The notes below the pieces were generated by a model, which searched no databases, was not told where the DNA came from, and saw nothing but the letters and a program-made list of their open reading frames with translations. Shown in pieces: positions 35,595 through 48,762 of a stretch of DNA of 55,625 nt (position 1 is the stretch's first letter; every line of letters begins with the position of its first letter). The translations under genes and the position numbers were made by a program. The stretch comes from Asterionella formosa (taxonomy: Eukaryota): positions 1-55,625 of the forward strand of contig NKIB01013557.1 in NCBI GenBank assembly GCA_002256025.1, in the 5' to 3' direction.

Positions 35595-38204
35595 CGTCTG
35601 CAAATAAAAAGGATCATGCAAATAGTATCAAGGGTACAGTACGCTAATTGGCACAGGATTATCATATATATGATAATTTTTGGATCAAAACTATGATTAA
35701 GGTATCCTTTAACTATGATGATTTATGAATTTTTTATTTTTAACCAAAATTGAAGTACAATGATAATAAGAACATAATCATGAAACAATGTATTTCAACT
35801 GATCAACAACATTTTTTATCAATATCATAAACCTTCTTATTTTATTTTCACTTCTCGTGATTAACAGATAAAAATTGTAACTACGACACATCCTAAAATC
35901 AGCTAACCACTATGCTATCATGTGAATTGTTTCATCCTATATCTGATCAAAATTCAAATCACAAGCATTGTTAAAAAAAAATAGATCATGATTTAACTAT
36001 CAAATTTAGCAATGCTATCAATGATTCTACAGGCCAGTGACCCAACAATGTTTCTCTCTCTACTCCGCTCAAGAAACGGACATTGCACCTGTCTCGCCCT
36101 TCTCCAATTCTGAATTTTGTGCCATGCAGTGTTTAATGTCTTGTCTTTCTCCCTGCTGTTACTGACTCTCTGAAATCGCCGACTATTCCGTTGTCTGATT
36201 CATTTTATTGTCCTATGCAGTTACAGTAGCTAACAATGAGAAGGAATACCGTATACTTCCTTGTCCTGGACCCCCCTTTGGTTGCTGGACCCCCCTGTAC
36301 ATTCTTCTCGAGGTGGAACCAAACACCCAATTATTTTCTTGTCATAGACAAAGTAACGTGCAATATTTTTTTTTGTCCTCGTAGGCACTAGTATACAATA
36401 ATTTAGCTACAATTTTGCGATTCTTTTGTACATACAAAACACAAGAATACAGGTAGTGGCTGTGAGCAGCTGGAGAATCCTTCATGATGTTGTCGCAACC
36501 TTGACCATGACGAAAATACGAATTATCTCCACGAAAATAGAGAACGACGCTTTGCTACTTGCTACCTGTATTAAGAACAACATGGAAAATACAATCGTAA
36601 AAAAAGTAAAGTAATGACACTAATAATGACAACGAAAATTGAGATCGCCGATAACAACATGAAGTCGCGTTTTTCTCGCGAGGTGAAGAACTCTCTCATT
36701 TTTCACAAGACGAAAATAATTGTCATATTGACACATCTTAGAAAAATGTGGGCTATCCTGTAGAACTAAAGAAATTTTACTTAGGTCCATTATAAGGGAA
36801 ATCTCTTCATTGTCCTGGGCCCCCCTTAAGTAAAATCAGTCAAATTCAGTCACGGCAGTGTACATTGGGGGGTCCAGGACAATGAAGTATACGGTAACTT
36901 GCTAGCTAGTCATGTTACACTGACACAATACCACGCCATTCCGTCGTATCCTCTTAACACAATTCAACGCAAGCAACTGATGCATATGTCTGTAAAAGCA
37001 AATACTTCATGTACTGGTACTGTTTCTGAAATTCGTTTACACTTATATTTTATACGACCATTGGAACTAATTATTTAGACCATTCAACCCAACCCATTTG
37101 TATCATTATTTATACGCAAGGATTATGGTAGCTAATTATCCTGAAACTATGACAATTTACTGTCCCGCTACAGTAGCAACAGTCCTGAACATATGGTGTT
37201 CTGTTGGCTGCTTACTTACTACTCCGACTATCCTTTTCTCAATGTTACGATCATACGATCCTGAAACTATTATGATTTACTCTCCCACTGCAGTAGCAAC
37301 AATCTGTTGCTCGCTTACTACTCCAACTACCCCCAGTATATCACTTCCTACCTACTACTGGTACTGTGTGTATATATGATATAATGTTATGACCATATGA
37401 TGTACACATGAAGAACTTCCGCCGAAAAAGGGGCTTAAATGATTAGCTTCCAAAATCCTTGCATATAAAAAATGATACAAATGGGTTGAGACTTTTACAC
37501 CAATTGAATGGTATAAATAATTAGTTTCAGCAGAAGTAAAAAATATTGATGCAAACAAAGTTCAGAAACAGTACCGGTACACGAAGTCGTGGAAAACAAT
37601 GGACATATGGTGCATTGAATATTTTCGAATTATCTATATGCAAATAGCATGATCATCTCAACAATACCACATGTGCCATATTGAGATGACCTTTGAACTT
37701 GAAAAATTTACGACTTATGATGTGAGATAAATCTTTTTATAGATAGCTTGAAACAATTTAACTTGGCAGTTAAATTACAATCCGTTTCCACGTATTTTGG
37801 ACAAATACTTTCATAGAGATATGATGGTAATAACATGGCTATAAGATGAACAAATACACAATATAGGGTGTAGCTAAGGTAAATCGATGATGATCTTGTA
37901 AATACAATTAGTAATTCATGGTCATGAGAAGAGCGACTGAAATTCAAAGAGAAGCAAGTAGTGATTTCGACTTGAGTTGTTGTTACTCAATTACTTTGTG
38001 GTTACCGTTATGAGTCAATATGGATCAAAATTTGAACAATATGATCAAACATTAAAAGTATAAACATGCTTATCAAATAATCATATTTAAAGTATGCACC
38101 TGTAATACAAATAGCAAAATGCGTGTCATGCACAGAAAAATTCTGTGCCAGTCATTGTACAATACCCCTGATTTTATATGTACAATACTTTTTATTTGCA
38201 GACG
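35595..38204. mobile_element. Non-autonomous CGTCTG-family element, 2.6 kb, with both ends
   Basis: CGTCTGCAAATAAAAAG...CTTTTTATTTGCAGACG with roughly 65 bp of imperfect TIR. The right arm (37720-38204) matches 15364-15860 inverted. No clean TSD (TTG versus GAG). Confidence 0.75.
36249..36894. mobile_element. Tc1/mariner-pogo-type MITE, 646 bp, TSD TA
   Basis: TIRs CCGTATACTTC(C/A)TTGTCCTGGACCCCCC with TA on both sides. The empty site GAAGGAATAACTTG is present near 2095-2108. Confidence 0.95.
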
Positions 38205-38329
38205 GAGTCACACAAGTACACAACACATCATGTGTCAGACAAACAGATAGATCAGCAGGAAAGACTGGTGAGGATTCATAACAAGAAATCCTGTATCAGA
38301 ATGGTATAACTTGAGTCTTCACAAGGACA

Positions 38330-39500
38330 AGTCATCACCAGATAACTTGCTATTCATTTGTTTCTCCAGATCACTGACTTCAATGTCTGGCAAAAAGGAA
38401 TACCAATTGCCATACATCAACTTTTTTCCTTCCTTCTAACTTTAAGTTTAACATTGTCAACAATAATGGGCAGATGCTCGGAATTTTTTCATTTGTTTAT
38501 CAACAGGTGAACCATCACTGAAAATTGCTAGGGCAACAAATAGACACCCTGTCTTGTCTTCAACACTCCATTTTCTGATGCAGGAGAATTGTTGAACACA
38601 TTTTCAAAGCAAGTCGCGGAAGTTACTTTGTCATATATGAGTTCCCCAAAAGTTGTAAGTTTCACTTGTGGGTGACATACAAAATGTTGAATGATATTGG
38701 AATCGCATTGTGGCAATGCTGCCATCAGCTGTAATGCTGCCATCAGCTGTACTGGTTAGAAATAATGGAGTGTGCGTGGGATGATCATTTTTGAATTTTT
38801 ATCAATCTTTATTTGTTTGGTAAACAGTTGACCACCAGCTAATGATGGTGGAAATGAAACATCCATGCGTTTCTTCACAGCCTGGTAGGATGGAGCCTGA
38901 TTCCTTCAACCAAAATATTTCATTGTTTTGCCTTGAACAGCCATTTCATTAGACGATCAAAGTAAACTGGTGGAAGGTAAGCAATTCTTGTTAAAGAATA
39001 ACATGAGTTCTAATTTGATTGGATGCGCGCATGTTTAGAGAATGTTTACTTGGAAGTTGAAATTGTGGAGGAAGGGGAAGGGGCATTTCCATTGCATTTT
39101 CAGGGAGAAAGCCGGTGTGATCTTGAAAATCTGAATATTGCATGGTTTCTGCATTCAATCCTTGGAAAGGTTTTAGTCTCAATTGTTTGTCTTGTTGTGA
39201 CTGAATATTGTTATAAACTGAATCATCACTGTCGTCATTAAATGGATGATTATGGCCACTTGATCCAAGCTGCAGCAGTTGCTTACACTGCCATTAACTT
39301 CTTTCCTTGAATGACTCGATGCACTACCACAATACATAGTTTCATTATGTATTCCAGGAACTCGATTTCTTGCAAGCAATGTCGTCAGTGACCACATGCA
39401 TAGAAAACACGGTTGCTACAATTTCGATTGTGAGACTCAGATGGGGACTTGTTCTTCCGAAATTTGTAGTTACACAGAAAACAACATTGCAATGCATGTC
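38330..39500 (-). pseudogene. Plavaka-like transposase copy, 5' half, heavily decayed
   Basis: IIQHFVCHPQ...LIYDKVTSATCFENVFNNS and QFQLPSK are homologous to ORFs 18709-19008 and 19292-19804. Confidence 0.8.
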
Positions 39501-41383
39501 CGCAAAGACATTGCAAATTTCAAACGATGACAAATTCAGGATATGAACAGGATAGAATGAAAATGAATTAATAAATAATAATAAATTGAGCATCACTCCG
39601 ATCATGCTGTGCTGAACAACACAGAGTCGTGAAATTATCACTCCACCATAGTAGTAAAAATGGAGGCATACCGCTACATATAGTACAGGCGGCACTACTA
39701 GTAGTATAGAGCAGCGGCAAGAAAATCACGCCAGACTTTGTATCTTTGGCTTCCCCTGTCAATGTCCTTTGACTGCGCATATCCTGTACATTTTGATGTG
39801 TACTTTCAAGATTTTTGATGGTGCTTGCCTTGACAACCAATGTTAAAATTGCTCAAAACTAAAACTAAATTGGAATGAGGAGTGCCCTCAAGGAACCATC
39901 AACTCATTCTATTAGTCCAAATGTTACAATTCTTGAACCAGCAGTGAACAAGCAATCCACAAGATCACAATTAGGAACAAAGATAAGAGAAGGTTAGTGA
40001 TGGCCATTGCAATGGCCGTTGTGATGACCAAAAAAACATTTTTGAGCGATAAATATTTAAATGATGACCGGTCAAGATTCTCAAGGCCTGTTTATCCCAA
40101 TCCAATTGTTATCTGTCCAATTTTAGCACTTGGAATGTATTCATGTCAATTCAAAGGCAGCTGTTGAAAATATTAGTTATTTCCTGGCCATCACCAAGAC
40201 AAGAGATTTGTCACTTTTTAACAGGTTTTGAGGACAAGCAATGATGATGATTTTCTCGATCCTTGGATGGCAAGAATTTACTCTGCAGTAGTAGACAAAA
40301 TGGTTGTAAATTATGATAACAATCAGCATTATATATGCCGCCATCCTCAGTTGAGACTGTAGACACCATTGCTGGGGGGGGGGGAGGTTGTTACTCCTTT
40401 GCAAGGAAGAAAAGCATTTATCCATGGGATTCTAGAGTACTGGTAATAGTTAAGAGGAATAGTGCATGATTTTATGCAGTTACAATGTCCAAATGAATTA
40501 TTGCTGTTCCATTTTTAATCCAAACACAGTACCGGTACATTACCTTATAATCCCTCACAAAATATAACTACTACATACCATGCTGAGACATGCATCATCG
40601 TGGTACCAGGTAACAGCTGCAATACCGGTATACTTTATATTACAGACAAGGACGGACGTGATAGGGCCATGCAAAGAAGCAAGCCCCTACTATAAAAAAA
40701 CTCGCAATCGAATCAAATGAGTCGAAGCTGAGGCATTAATATAGCGACAACGCGACTATTCAGTTCTTGCTTTTAGAGTTGAATCGAACAACCAAGAGTC
40801 GGCAGCTCAGACAAGGAAAGACAAGAGCAACCACGCGAGGTTATCTTCAGTGAAATAGTAAGAGGGGCAAAGCGCACAATTCTTTGAGTAACAATTCAAA
40901 GAAGCAGTCTAAAAGCATCGCCAAGTCTTTTGCAATTTATAGTCTAAATCACCCACCCTAAGTCCCCCCTGGCTACCGGTAAGCGCAACTCGACTGTCGC
41001 AGAACCCGGGGGAAGGACACGGACCGAACCCGGAGTTTGGGAACGGGACACATTACTTAGCAACGAACTCAAAAAGCCATTTACGAAATCTAGCTTATTC
41101 TTGGATCGCTATTCGATCAGTCTACGGTTCGCATTAGTCTTATTCCTATGACGTCCCTATGACCCTACACGATAGACAGATGGTGAAAGACGAGACTGAC
41201 AAGATGGTAATTGTGTCGAAGTTACTTCGCGCTCCCAGTGTGAGTGATATGCTGATGATGTGATGCTCGATTTCGACATCAAGCATTACATCCAAGCTGA
41301 TTCTGGATTCCGTTTCTCCTTATACTCATGTGTAGAATTTGTCGTATGTTGCTGTATGGTACAAACGGAACACACAAACGTCA

Positions 41384-42601
41384 GGCCGTTGCTAACCATT
41401 GACCCAAACCAAAACCCAAAAACTTATTTTTGGATTGGTTTTGGTTTTGGTCAACTGATGCAAAAACGATGCTATCGGTTTTTGGGAAATCCTAAATGTT
41501 GTCAACCACCCATCTACTGTGACGCAGGATGACAAAACCATTATAAAAAAGTAAAATATTTCTATTAGCTAGACTACTTTTAAAAAATGAAATATTATGA
41601 ATCCTATTTGTGAATTAGTTAGTTTTCCCCGCACTTTCCCGGTATCACCCGCACCCTTCTTGACAAAGTTATTGAATTCAGGAACAAAGAGAATTCAAGG
41701 AATGGCATCAATCTCGATCAGATGTGGGTCGCCAACAGAAGGAATCGGCGCTATGGGCAATCGCGCAAAATAAAAGGTATACAAAAGGACTTCTTGTGGC
41801 GGCTGGACGCTTTAAACTGGGAACGGAAGCACTGGACGATATGACTAGGATGAAAAGAAGAGCAGAGGAGAAGGAGAGTGAGAAAGCGAATAAGAAAGTT
41901 ATGGATTACACAGCAACATTGAACAAGGTGCAAGCGATCAGTGCGCTTAACAAACAGGAACACGAATGCACCTTTTCGCAAACAAAAACAATGGTGTCTT
42001 GGTACAAACGAGTTGGCGATGCGCCATTACCTGCAACAAATCATCTACTGCTTACTTACCAGATATATTGATACAATGGGACATGGCGATGCACCAGTCT
42101 CAGTTGCCGGAGCTACACCGCCACCAGCAGCTTCAGTGGAAGAGGACAACGAGGATGAAGTCGTGGCAACAGAAGATTGATTTATGTGTTCCGCAAAATA
42201 AATCGACGTCGATTTGTTGTTGTTGTTGTTCTCGCCAGTGTGGTATGGCACCCTGGTACCTGGTTCCAGAGTACCGGTACCGTATAGCTATTGTTGTATA
42301 TAAATATGATATACCGGCATTGGCATATGATGCGTCCTATATGTAGTGATTCTGCGACGATATTAATTGGGTTTCTAGTGAATACATTCAAAGTAGTCAA
42401 TATGGAATCCTACGTTTAGGTAACTTTGGGAAAAAAGCCTAAACGTAATGCGTTTGGGTAACTTATTGGGATATGGGCACGGAATCCCCTAAACGTAATG
42501 CGTTTGCGTTGGGTTTTTCACTCCCGATAGCATCGTTTTTTAGGGTTACCAAAACCAAAACACTGTTTGGTTTGTGTTTTGGTCCACTGTTAGCAACGGC
42601 C
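41384..42601. mobile_element. Non-autonomous Harbinger-type element, 1218 bp, TSD TCA
   Basis: Perfect 13-bp TIR GGCCGTTGCTAAC / GTTAGCAACGGCC, with TCA at 41381-41383 and 42602-42604. The subterminal inverted motif AAAACGATGCTATCGG occurs near 41463 and 42523. Confidence 0.9.
41650..42180 (+). pseudogene. C-terminal fragment resembling stramenopile pogo-like transposases, carried inside the Harbinger-type element
   Basis: KRYTKGLLVAAGRFKLG, a charged coiled coil, TKTMVSWYKRVGDAPLP...LL, then an acidic tail. Frameshifted; the family assignment is from recollected motif similarity only. Confidence 0.45.
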
Positions 42602-43905
42602 TCAGATTCCGGTAAAATGGTTGTGCAACTCATTGCTTTGCTTCTTGACATATTGGACTGCCTACAGATGGAGATACTTGGATCTTGAATTTGGCTGTCT
42701 GCTCATCAATGGGTACAACTTCGATAAATTGATTCTAAGAAACTAGAACATCAAGATCATTAGCTAGTCAGCAATGGTGGCTTTCAATATTAGTTTTGTA
42801 CTTTTTGAGACCTGACCAGCATGGTACTGAGGACAGGAGGGTCTCACTAAGAATAAATGGCGCATTTATTCACTATTAATCATTTATTTATCAACATAAT
42901 TTGCAACTAGTAAAGTAATGCTTGTGCATACAGCATCAAAATTTGTACATTCTAAAATATTGGTTTGAGTGTCCAATGATATTTATGTCCTGCTTGTGTC
43001 CAATACCCCTTAAATTGAGCAGCAAGTGTCTTTAGGGTTTCACAGTACAGAGTATATCACTAAACTCACATGCTCCACAAAGCCCGAAAAGTGCGTGCAA
43101 AATGATAAAAAAGTTTATTAGTTGAGCCATCATCAGTCATTTCCAATAGTAAGGAAACTCAAACTGGATGGTGGGCGAGAATAATCATCGGACTATTTCT
43201 AAATAACAGCAAATTGGTTTTATCAAGAAATACTCAGAATTCGACCATGCTGACGTAACTGTCGTGTTCCAGCCGTGCTGGCTCTGACAAGTCAGGTCAA
43301 AGCATTCATGATACCCTCCACCATGACTAGCTGTTTTTAACCAGAGATAGAGATTAAGGACGACATGGTAGTCAGCAAAGCTGAGGAGTTTGCTGAAATG
43401 AACAAGACTGTATCATTGAATGAATGGACAGCAAAAGTGGGCGTGAAAGGGTGAGAAATAATGATAAAGAAACATTAAAAACACCAGAAATATACCTATT
43501 TTATGCTATGATGGAATCATTCATATCATGAGTAACATGGGAAAGGAGAGAAATTGTGTTGTCTTCAGCCATCAGAGGCAAAATATGGGTTGTCAAAAAA
43601 TCAAATTACTAATATGACCTAGAAATGTTCTAGTATAGAAAAATAGGAACAATCTAAAACTAATATCACATTTCACTTAGTAGACAGTGCATGTATTGAG
43701 AGGGGTCATCCTAGAGCCAAGTTTCGGTTTGTATGTGACGTCAAGAGTTGAATAAGTAAAGGATAGAGCACACACAAAATTGAACAAATGTCAATAATCC
43801 AAATATTTCCATTGCAATTACATAAAGGTCAACTTTAAAGCAAGCCAGCACTTCCACATGTGCTGTAATTGAAATGAAAGTATCATTGTATTGCATAGGA
43901 TGTTC

Positions 43906-45829
43906 TTAGTTCGTTCTGTTCCACACAAGGGCTGGGGTCGAGTTATCCCCATAGTTTGGGCATTTTATGTCCACTACTCCAATGACGCTGATATCGAAAT
44001 AATGGCATATACAGTTTCCTTTGCAATAAACCTTCAGGCAATCAATGTTGAGAGAAATGTTTGGGTATAGATTGCATTCAATCGATCCATTCATGAAATT
44101 TGATTGAAAATTTATTGTTTGTAACATAGTGAGCTTGGATAGGTCTGGTGAAGGCCCACCAGAAAATCTATTATGAGAAAAATCAGCTTCTTTAAGCTCA
44201 GACAGCAAACCTATATCTGCTGGAATTGTTCCACTTATTTTGGTGTCGCGAATTACCAAATGAACAAGATGGGTAAATTTTCCAATCTCATTACTGAATG
44301 TGGAGGAAAAAAAGTTGGAAGATATATCAAGCCATGTGAGGGACGTGAGGCTTGCTATAGAAGGGGGCATTGCCCATAAATTGGCAGCCGTGAAATTTTC
44401 TTGAATACAATAGCCATCAAGAAAACATGAATAATTTTGCTGCCATCCTCGCAGATTATTTTGCTTCACTGAGAAATATTGAAGCTTTGTTAGGTTGAAA
44501 ATTTCCTTAGGAAGGAAATCTGATGTAATATCTCCAATCTGATTCATGGCAAAATTCAAGTATGTTAGATGTGTGAGGAAACCAATTTGACATGGAATGG
44601 TAAATTGGAGTTGATTGTGTTCCATATTTTAGTGTTCAAGTTGGGTGAGTTGGCCTATTTCTGTGGGAATGTATGAAATAAGAGAATTGTAACTCAAATC
44701 GAGATAATCAAGAGCCGTCATCAAACCAATCTCTGTGGGAAGTAGTCCTGTGAGTGAACCCCCCACAAGGGAAAATGTTCCAACTTGCTCAGTAAACCAA
44801 ATTCAGATGGGAGAGCACCTGACTTTACTAAAGCTGAAATTGGGGGGAAAAGAGACTCAAACAGCAAGAGATTGAGATTCGATAGAAGTCCCAATTCAGT
44901 TGGGATCTTACCAGAAACAGAACATCGTGGGAAAATGAGATTTGCCAGCGAGTTTGATAGCAATGCCAACTCCCGAGGAAGGACAGCAACAGAGTTATAA
45001 GCACTGTCTGACAATGTCAAGTTGACATTGATCTCAATCACATGCATGTTGTCAGTTCCGCATGTAATACCAGGCCAATTACAGTGGAAATCATCAGAAA
45101 GGATGTCAGTTGCATTCGTTCCGGCCCCTGTACAGGAAAATAATAATGTAGCTAGAGCATATCGCTGCTGCAACTCCACATCACTGAAATCCAACACATT
45201 GATGCTATTGAACAACCAATTCAATGCTTTGCCTTGGACACTACTTTCCACAGGCAAATCTGCTTCAGAGTTGAATGAAACAATGGAGTATATTCCCTCC
45301 AACTTAGTACTAGGTTGGGATGAAGGTGAATGGGTTGTTGGCTGCATGGAAGGCGAAGTAGACGGTGCATTGGTGACAGTTATATTGTTGTTGCTGGATT
45401 TCGCCAATTCTGCCGCAAGACCAGCGACCAATCCCAAACCCAAAATGACAGATGTACCAACGATCTTATTCTTGCGACGGCTAGTGACCTTTGGGTCCTC
45501 CAATCGATCTACTGCAATTGCAGCTACATAGTCCTCATTTCCAGCCAATTCTTCAGATCGCGCTTCGTCGGAAACTAAATGGGCAGTCAAGGTAGGAAAA
45601 ATGGTTGGGATGTCTTCATCGCCATTGTGTCCTTCTCCAGCAGTACTTGATTCGCTGACCCCACCGCCTGCGTTAATGTGCACAGGTTGCTGTCAACTTT
45701 GGAGTCTTCTGCTTCATTCAAAAATTGACATGAAGCATCGTCGCCTGCTGTCAACCGAAGCACAGTCGCAGCCTCCAGCATGACTGCTGAACCATTGCTG
45801 ATACCGAGATTATCATCAATAGAGGCCAT
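43906..45829 (-). pseudogene. Type II membrane leucine-rich-repeat protein (diatom-style), with two frameshifts and one stop
   Basis: Acidic N-terminus, TM segment IVGTSVILGLGLVAGLAA, PSxxP stalk, QGKALNWL, LQQRYALATL, HCNWPGITC cap, plant-type LRRs (SGKIPTELGLLSNL, SGTIPADIGLLSEL) and a Cys-rich C-cap. Confidence 0.88.
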
Positions 45830-46980
45830 GGCGAGCTTGCATGAGGGAAGGTTTGAAGGTGATGAGTATGATTGATATGATACCTGGGAAGTGCAGGAGA
45901 CTTGGCCGTACTTCCTCGATACGTGGAAATGGCAAATTGTTTTTGTTGTGCTGTTTAGAACCCAGCAGCCCTCGCTGTTTGTGACCAAAAGTACGCGCGA
46001 CCCACCAGTTGTACCGGTCGTACTGATTTTGATAGATTTTTCTTTGCTTAGTACTGTGTACAGTACGTAATGAAATGTTTCTACTGGCTGACAAGTATCA
46101 TTTATACACCGTCATACTTTTACTACTGCCCTAAATATACTACCGGTATTCATTAAAAATGCTGTTGCTTTCAATGAAACATCCATTCATAAAATTGCCC
46201 CTGTGCATGACGTTGTTTAGAGTACGAAAGGGGGTTGCGGTCATTCTGCTTTAATAAACAATTAATATGGGGTAAAGATAGCTAAACTCTTTTAGTACCA
46301 ATACTTGCAGGTATGATAGTGAGAAAAGGCCGCAAATGACCTCAAAGCAAAGGAAGAGCAAACATGTGAAAGACGGAGAAGAAAGCTACATAAAGCCGAA
46401 CGAACACACTGGGAACGCCGAGATATGACATGTTCTTCTTTTGCTTGCGTGTGCGTGTGTCTCTGGATATGCGTGGCCTTTGAGAACAATATGTTCTTTT
46501 GCGTTGACTATAATTGGGACTGGTGTCGGAATTCTCATGTATGCATATGACTCCATCACCAGTGAGTGATGATTGACAAGACTATTGAACACGGCATAGC
46601 TATGATAGCAGAATGACTTTTTTACCAGGTAGTCTACTCGTGGCGGAGGATTATTGGAGCATGCCTCTGGTACCCTGGTACCTGGTACCACCATCATTAA
46701 ATGGTGAACAGGAACAGTGACAGGTAGTATGGTGATGACACGTATGACTAATACATATGTGTGTGCCCGAACTTGAAGGGAATAGTTTTCTGGGAGGCTG
46801 CCTGTTGCCACCAGCAGTACCAGGTACTGTATGCATTTCCAACAGGGCATGTCATAAAGAATATGAGCAGACATTAGCTTGTAGAAGTAAACAATTGGAA
46901 ACTGTATTTCTCTGTGCCCGCCAGCATATGCTTTCATCGTGATATTGTTCACTGCTTGTTTATATTTTGCTTGCTAATAA

Positions 46981-48203
46981 GTAGCAGAGGATTATTACAA
47001 CATACCTCTGGTGGAGTCATTCCATGGTTAACAGATGCAGTATGGTGGAGATAAATGTGACCAATACAGCCATATATAGGTATGTGCTGGAACTTGAACC
47101 TATGGATTTAACTGCTACCAGCAGTATATCCAAGAGGGTATGAAATAAATTTATAGGGGCCACAATGGTGGAAATAGTACATGGTAAATAGTTTCTCTGT
47201 GTCTGGCAGCATATTGTATCATCTTTATCAGACCTTACCACTCTTGTGTAACTCCGCTCCTTGGAACATCATACCCCTGCAATGGTCTCGCCCCTACAGA
47301 GGTGCCTGTTGACAGAACAAATTGTCAGCCATTGAATGCCACACAAGTAAAGTTGACCATTGATTTCTTTTGCTTGCATACAGTTGCTTGCTCTTGTCTG
47401 CTGAACGCCTTTTGGACTGTCCCCTGCACTCGATCCCCATCTGAATCAACCTGCAACTGAACTCCCCACAGCTTTCTGAACAGAGGTTCTGATTGATTGT
47501 GTCCCCCTTACACACACAGCACCTAACTATGTACCGAGTTATGAACAGACACTCAACACGCCCAGAAGAGTCTAACAAGGGGCACGCATTTTCTACTCCT
47601 CCCACACCTGCTGGCATTACCATCCTTTCCATCTCTTTTCTTCCTGTCTCAAGAATGCATCCTTTTCTTTCAATTGTCAGCCTCCACAACTCCCACCCAC
47701 CTTCCTTATTGCTACCCCACCATGTCTTCCCATCTCTCAAGCATTGCCGACCCCTGGCTTGCCAATTCCTCAAATGGGGGGATATGATATCGTCCTGCAA
47801 TGGTGGATTTAGCCTACACAGATGCTCAGAGCACCACATATAGAGGAGAGATGTCCCATGGCAGCAGAATAGCAGAAATGGGAGATTATTGCACAACAGT
47901 AACTGAGCACATGAATTGATGAGAAAATTCTTCATATTTGGTCAATATTTTATGATTGATTCAACAGCAAACCTGGGTAATCTTGTGGCATGCATACCTT
48001 TGTGAACAGCTTGAATGAAGTGGAGTAGCAGAGAATTATTACAAAATATCTCTGGTGGAGTCATTCTAGCTATGGTTAACAGACGCCGTATGGTGGAGAT
48101 ACATGTGACAAGTACTATGCACGTATGTAGTAGGTATGTGCTGGAACTTGAACCTTTGGATTTAACTGCTACTACCAGCAGTATTATATCCAAGAGGGTA
48201 TGT
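46981..48203. repeat. Diverged direct duplication of about 165 bp (46981-47142 and 48024-48203), possibly within a decayed ankyrin-like gene on the minus strand
   Basis: Shared CTCTGGTGGAGTCATTC...GGTATGTGCTGGAACTTGAACCT...ATATCCAAGAGGGTATG. Weak MTPxExxCNN and EACSNNPPP motifs on the minus strand; the ankyrin call is tentative. Confidence 0.7.
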
Positions 48204-48762
48204 ACATTATGTAGAAGCATGGAAAAATGGGGAGAATGTAAGAGATCCTTCTACATCTTTGGGGAGAAATTCTCCCCTTTTTTCCGCGCTGACATTTATT
48301 CCCCTAAAGCTTTTAACACGTATATTTTCTGCGGCCCCATCAGCAGTGGCTTGTGGGGGAGACTTTTCTCCCCAAAAGCATGTATAAACAGCGTTCAATC
48401 TTTTACCATTGTAGGATTCACGTTGACAGTACATGCATGATAGCTACTGCTAATAGCTATACAGGTAGTACTAGGGGTTCCGACTCAGCCAAATATGAAC
48501 ATCAATTGAGAACCACAACAATCAACAAAATACCTATGGAAGCAACCCACTGCCACATCAAAACATCATGTCCGACAATGAAGAAATAGTTTGTTCATAT
48601 CAAGAGAGATGAATGGTGAAGGAGCTACCAAGGTCAAATGCACATAACTGCCCTGGATGTCGGTAAAGCATTCATGCTCTTTGCGGTCATTTGCCTGAGG
48701 AAGCAGATATTTAGTTCAAAACAACATGCTTCAATTGCTATGAAAAGTTCGGTCGTACCCTG

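Noticed and set aside
40640..41180. CpG-retaining segment resembling an LTR or retroelement leader
   Set aside because: No second copy, PBS, TG...CA boundary or associated ORF could be established.
47294..47935. 213-aa minus-strand ORF
   Set aside because: No assignable domain; it lies between decayed duplicated segments.
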